Part shown: positions 60,407 through 64,000 of the stretch, piece after piece
How positions within the stretch are numbered: the first letter of the stretch is position 1
Layout of the letters: every line of letters starts with the position of its first letter
DNA from: a virus
Lineage: Duplodnaviria > Caudoviricetes
IMG/VR virus record: IMGVR_UViG_3300028591_000130
Span: 32,001 to 96,000 of that record
Length of the DNA stretch: 64,000 bases
Reading direction: 5' to 3' (one strand)
Position numbers and translations under genes: made by a program
Notes under the pieces: generated by a model
Databases searched by the model: none
Told to the model about the DNA's origin: nothing
The model's input: the letters and a program-made list of their open reading frames with translations, nothing else

Positions 60407-60796
60407 ATGTTATCAGAACATTTTAGCGAGAGCGAATTCTGGTGTCGTGGTCAAGATCAAGGCACCTGTAACTGCGGACATAGCCTTAAGGTTGATCCAC
60501 GTCTGATCGAATTGTTAGAAGAACTTAGATCTAACATTGGCGGCGTACCGCTTATAATAAACAGTGCGTACAGATGCCCTATGCATAACCAAAGCGTGGG
60601 CGGAGTACCTAACTCACAACATACTAAAGGTACCGCCGCTGACGTAGCTTGTCCAAGCGGGTTAACTATGCCAGAGTTCTTGTGGTACGTAGAACAAATG
60701 GATTGGGACGGAATCGGATACTACCCCTATTCTCAGTTTATCCATTGTGACTGTCGTGAGGGTGGGATTGGTGCACACATCTACTGGGAAGGATAA
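60407..60796 (+). CDS. Peptidase M15A (Zn D-Ala-D-Ala peptidase-like; probable endolysin)
   Basis: HFSESEF.C; SAYRC..HN..VGG..NSQH..G.AAD; FIH.D.R. Confidence 0.88.
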   Translation: MLSEHFSESEFWCRGQDQGTCNCGHSLKVDPRLIELLEELRSNIGGVPLIINSAYRCPMHNQSVGGVPNSQHTKGTAADVACPSGLTMPEFLWYVEQMDWDGIGYYPYSQFIHCDCREGGIGAHIYWEG

Positions 60797-60799
60797 GAG

Positions 60800-61216
60800 A
60801 TGAACCAAAATGAGAGAGATTCTTATTACCTTGAGATTGCCAAGACAGTTAGCAAAAGATCTACCTGTTACTACGGTAATTTGGGATGTGTTATCGTTGA
60901 CAAGGACGATAACGTGATATCAACGGGATATCTTACTGACAAAAGTGGTATTATCAACTGCAGAAAAAGCGGTTATTGCTCTTTTGCTGAAAGAGAAGGC
61001 ATTACCGATAATTATGGAACGCCTGAACAGTGTGACTATATGTTCCCTGAGGTTAGTGCTATACTGGCGGCTGACAGGTCAAGATTACAAGATTCAAGCT
61101 TATATCTTTACTGCGAAGATCTTACAGGACATATTATAGAGCCCAAGATAGAGAAAACTATAGTTAGAATTCTTCGTAGTGCAGGAGTAAAAAGGATTGT
61201 GTTACCTAAGCAATGA
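60800..61216 (+). CDS. dCMP deaminase-like protein lacking Zn ligands
   Basis: YYLEIAKTVSKRSTC...GCVIV...ISTGY...AGVKRIV framework; HAE replaced by FPE and PCxxC absent. Confidence 0.75.
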   Translation: MNQNERDSYYLEIAKTVSKRSTCYYGNLGCVIVDKDDNVISTGYLTDKSGIINCRKSGYCSFAEREGITDNYGTPEQCDYMFPEVSAILAADRSRLQDSSLYLYCEDLTGHIIEPKIEKTIVRILRSAGVKRIVLPKQ

Positions 61217-61230
61217 AAGGAGATTACTCA

Positions 61231-61503
61231 ATGCAAAAGATCAAGAGTACTGTAGGTGCAGTCTTTGGGTTGACACCTGTTGAAACAGAGGTTTTAATTC
61301 AAAGTATGATCGTAAAACTTCAGCCTGCCTTGTTAATATTAGCAAGACTATTATTTATCGTAGGTTTTGTCTGCTGTCTTATAACGTATCCTTTGCCTGC
61401 TGTCTTTATTGGTGTGCTTGGTTACTATCTTGTCGAGCTTGAAACAAGAATTGACTTGTTAGAGAGAAAAGCCAAAGAACAGGAAAAGTATTATCCAAGA
61501 TAA
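61231..61503 (+). CDS. Small membrane protein
   Basis: Long hydrophobic stretch followed by charged coiled C-terminus; AAGGAG RBS. Confidence 0.6.
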   Translation: MQKIKSTVGAVFGLTPVETEVLIQSMIVKLQPALLILARLLFIVGFVCCLITYPLPAVFIGVLGYYLVELETRIDLLERKAKEQEKYYPR

Positions 61504-61550
61504 TATCATAAGAAGGGATAACCAAAGAAGTTTTATCTGAAGTAAGGTCA

Positions 61551-61958
61551 ATGACGGCATATTGTAGAAAGAAGATACTTGTCATACTAAGGAAGATTTT
61601 GGCATTGGTTAAGATCAAGTTTACGAAGTCGTCACTATCTGTACAAGAGAAGATATCTGATATCATAAAGGAAAGTAAGCATATACTTGTAGAAAAAGGT
61701 TACGTTACCGAGGAACAAAACATTATTTTTACAGACAATATGATATCAATACCTATCTTTGATATCAGTAAAATTCCTTTCTTACTAAGGTATTCTTTTA
61801 AGACAAAGAACAAAGTTATTATACTTTGTCATGACACATTATTGGAGGCTTCTTTAGACTTATACTGCTGGACATGTCTGTTACCGGGATTGAAACACAG
61901 TACTTATCAGCAGTATGAAAAGGAGGCTATGGTGTTATGGAAATGGTTAACAAAGTAG
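61551..61958 (+). CDS. Hypothetical protein
   Basis: 135-aa ORF in the co-oriented cluster. Confidence 0.5.
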   Translation: MTAYCRKKILVILRKILALVKIKFTKSSLSVQEKISDIIKESKHILVEKGYVTEEQNIIFTDNMISIPIFDISKIPFLLRYSFKTKNKVIILCHDTLLEASLDLYCWTCLLPGLKHSTYQQYEKEAMVLWKWLTK

Positions 61959-62314
61959 GACGCATTACTGACGTCTGTTTTGGCCTCGTAAGAAAGTATG
62001 TATCAGAGATCATTATTTTAATGTTTATCGGATTGTTCTTCTTATGGTCTATAGGTTATCTGGCTAACGCGATTTACGGCTATCATTTCGACTTGTCAAG
62101 TTGCTGGGGCGGCTTTTCTGCCATAGGCGGAGCAGGTGTCTTGGCAGCTATCAAATATTGCACAGACAGCTGGAAAAACAGCCCTGAAGGTGAAATGCCT
62201 GCAGATAGTGATATCTTGAAACTGTTTGATAAAAACTGTGACGGCAAAGTTACATTTTCTGAAATAAGATCTTCACTTATGGATAAAACTAAGGATATGA
62301 TAAGCAAGGTTTAA
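61937..62314 (+). CDS. Putative holin with C-terminal EF-hand-like loop
   Basis: Two TM segments; directly upstream of the lysozyme; DKNCDGKVTFSE loop. Confidence 0.6.
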   Translation: MEMVNKVGRITDVCFGLVRKYVSEIIILMFIGLFFLWSIGYLANAIYGYHFDLSSCWGGFSAIGGAGVLAAIKYCTDSWKNSPEGEMPADSDILKLFDKNCDGKVTFSEIRSSLMDKTKDMISKV

Positions 62315-62345
62315 AAGGAAAGAAGAAGAGGAGGAAGAGAATACC

Positions 62346-62939
62346 GTGAGAGTTTTTGATATCTCTTTTTGGCAATCTGATAACATAATAGATTACCTTG
62401 TAAAGCTTAACGCTAATGGTATTATCTTACGCTTAGGTTTAACCTATAACGGTGTCCCTGAGCTTGACGAAAAATTTACGCTTTTCTTAGATAAAGCAAG
62501 ACAGGAAGACTTACCTGTAGGTATTTACTATTACTCTAAGATGAATACTTACGAACTGGCTAAAGTTGAAGCACAGTTCATTAATGACAAAGTTTACGAG
62601 TTCTGGGGCGGTTACGATGAACCTGCACTGGGTGTATGGTGGGATATGGAAGACGAGACTACTAAAGTGTCTGATATCCATGAGATAACTATGTACGCAG
62701 TTGATACCTTGCTTAACTGGGAATTCAAGAAAGTAGGTATTTACGCAAGCTACTCTTACTTCCATGACTATCTTGATATCAAGGATATTGCTACAAGACA
62801 GATACCTGTGTGGGTAGCACAGTACAGTCGTCATAATGATCTTAAACGTGAAAACCCCGAACTTAACCATTACGGGTGGCAGTTTACGGAAACATATGAC
62901 GGTAATACTCTTGACGGCAACGAATGGTATAAACTTTAA
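62346..62939 (+). CDS. GH25 lysozyme (endolysin), catalytic domain only
   Basis: DISFWQ; VGIYYYS; WDMED (DxE); GIYAS; WVAQY; WQFT. Confidence 0.9.
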   Translation: MRVFDISFWQSDNIIDYLVKLNANGIILRLGLTYNGVPELDEKFTLFLDKARQEDLPVGIYYYSKMNTYELAKVEAQFINDKVYEFWGGYDEPALGVWWDMEDETTKVSDIHEITMYAVDTLLNWEFKKVGIYASYSYFHDYLDIKDIATRQIPVWVAQYSRHNDLKRENPELNHYGWQFTETYDGNTLDGNEWYKL

Positions 62940-62993
62940 AAAAAGAGCAAGTGTTATAAGGGAAGAAAAAAAAGAAGAGGAGGATTTTCTGTT

Positions 62994-63317
62994 ATGGCAG
63001 AACCTATGCTTGTTTATAAACCTTCTACTGTTAACAGTGAAATTAACCGTAGTAACTCTGAAGAAGAAAGCACTATCGGTATTGACACGTCAGAAAATAA
63101 GGATAAACTTGGCCTTTATCAGTTGCCTAACCGTGTTAACAGTGCACACAACAGAGGCGTTGATAACGAATTAACCGATACACCCTGGCCGGTTATCAGA
63201 GAACCTGATACTTGGAACGAAGGTATTGATATCATATCAGTTTGTGGTACAAGCAACGCTACCGACATTTGTCAGGCACGGGTAGAAAAAACAACGAGGA
63301 ATATGTGGGAACTGTAA
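62994..63317 (+). CDS. Hypothetical protein
   Basis: 107 aa, GAGGAGG RBS. Confidence 0.55.
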   Translation: MAEPMLVYKPSTVNSEINRSNSEEESTIGIDTSENKDKLGLYQLPNRVNSAHNRGVDNELTDTPWPVIREPDTWNEGIDIISVCGTSNATDICQARVEKTTRNMWEL

Positions 63318-63452
63318 AGATGCGCTTAGAATGCTTGTCTTTTGTTACTCTACGCAATCGTTAGGTAGCAGACGTTAGAAAGGGCAAACTAACAGGATCC
63401 AAGCCATGCTTGTAAGACTTTACATATTTCCTAAGGGAGGATTTTTACGGCC

Positions 63453-63770
63453 GTGATAAATCCTGCTAATAACACAACTATTTGGTATTGTATAATTAAG
63501 AAGGATAAAATTAATACTGTAAGGCAAAAAGGTTTTCAGTGTTTCTCTGATCCGATATCTGACTGGGTACCATATCGCACACCATGGATAACCGTCACAA
63601 CAGAGCCAGACAGTGACGGCATAGTTTGTGAGGTTGATCTTGCGGATATCTCTGAACATGATACTCAGTGGGTCTTTTCACCAAACAGTAATCAAAAGAG
63701 ACTGCGTGTCTTTAAAGACATAGCTGCCAACAAGATAAAAATTTTAAAAGAGACAGATCTTCGTGCCTGA
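63453..63770 (+). CDS. Hypothetical protein (weak ART/Tpt1-like pattern)
   Basis: GGAGG RBS; WYCII...TVRQKGF...VCEVDL...IAANKIKI. Confidence 0.45.
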   Translation: MINPANNTTIWYCIIKKDKINTVRQKGFQCFSDPISDWVPYRTPWITVTTEPDSDGIVCEVDLADISEHDTQWVFSPNSNQKRLRVFKDIAANKIKILKETDLRA

Positions 63771-63786
63771 TCTGTCTCTTTTTTTT
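63746..63786 (+). terminator. Intrinsic terminator
   Basis: AAAAGAGACAGATC-9 nt-GATCTGTCTCTTTT followed by TTTT. Confidence 0.8.
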
Positions 63787-64000
63787 GAGAAGGATTAACG
63801 TTAACTTTGTAGCAGTATCTGTAGCAATAGGATAGCAAAAATTACCTGATGATACAAGAAGAGAAATTTACTGTTAAGGACGTTATGCTTCTTAAAAAAG
63901 AGATCATAAGTGTCGATAGCGCCTTTTAACCATATCTTCTCTCTGACGTCAGGATCTGTGGTAGAATTAACGATACTGTCATTTTGCGCAATCCGATATA

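Larger units (their letters stand above)
1..64000 (+). mobile_element. Segment of a large tailed phage genome (structural, replication and lysis modules)
   Basis: Co-oriented dense genes; tail-fibre/collar motifs; phage-type replisome (AEP primase, DnaB-like helicase, DnaE, RecJ); sigma factor; holin-like genes and endolysins; no host housekeeping operons. Confidence 0.93.

Noticed and set aside
60261-60506. 81-aa ORF before the M15 peptidase
   Set aside because: It overlaps a structured intergenic element and the peptidase gene, has a weak RBS and shows no motifs.
791-63659. Minus-strand and nested ORFs in the six-frame track (e.g. 14889-15611, 44539-45105)
   Set aside because: They are shadows of codon-biased plus-strand genes, with no recognisable motifs.
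1-64000. Stop-codon reassignment (alternative genetic code)
   Set aside because: Code 11 gives long, tightly packed ORFs ending in TAA, TAG and TGA; only one isolated internal TGA was seen.
63318-64000. tRNA or ncRNA in the terminal intergenic stretches
   Set aside because: No cloverleaf, T-loop GTTCRA or CCA end was recognised.

Overview
A 64-kb slice of a large tailed-phage (or phage-like element) genome, AT-rich (about 35-40% GC by eye), with every credible gene on the + strand and strong Firmicutes-type AGGAGG ribosome-binding sites. The host is probably a Negativicutes bacterium; this is an inference from the tail-collar, holin and endolysin families. 1-46.4 kb is a dense cluster of 27 virion/tail genes: fibre proteins with shared modules, tail collar, collagen/Gly-rich fibre, degenerate SGNH protein, knob-repeat protein and a holin-like gene. 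46.5-60.2 kb is a replication/transcription module under sigma-A promoters: AEP primase, DnaB-like helicase, Cas4-like and DUF1064 nucleases, sigma factor, RecJ, Tmk and DnaE. 60.4-63.8 kb holds lysis and accessory genes: M15 peptidase, degenerate dCMP deaminase, holin-like protein with EF-hand, GH25 lysozyme. I found no capsid, terminase, integrase, tRNA, CRISPR or reverse transcriptase. The most striking signal is window-wide: the palindrome GATATC (usually TGATATCA), and secondarily TAACGTTA, is strongly over-represented in all three reading frames, like a phage version of cyanobacterial HIP1. Also notable are mix-and-match fibre modules, several catalytically degenerate enzyme folds, a 29-bp perfect inverted repeat and RBS-sequestering RNA hairpins.
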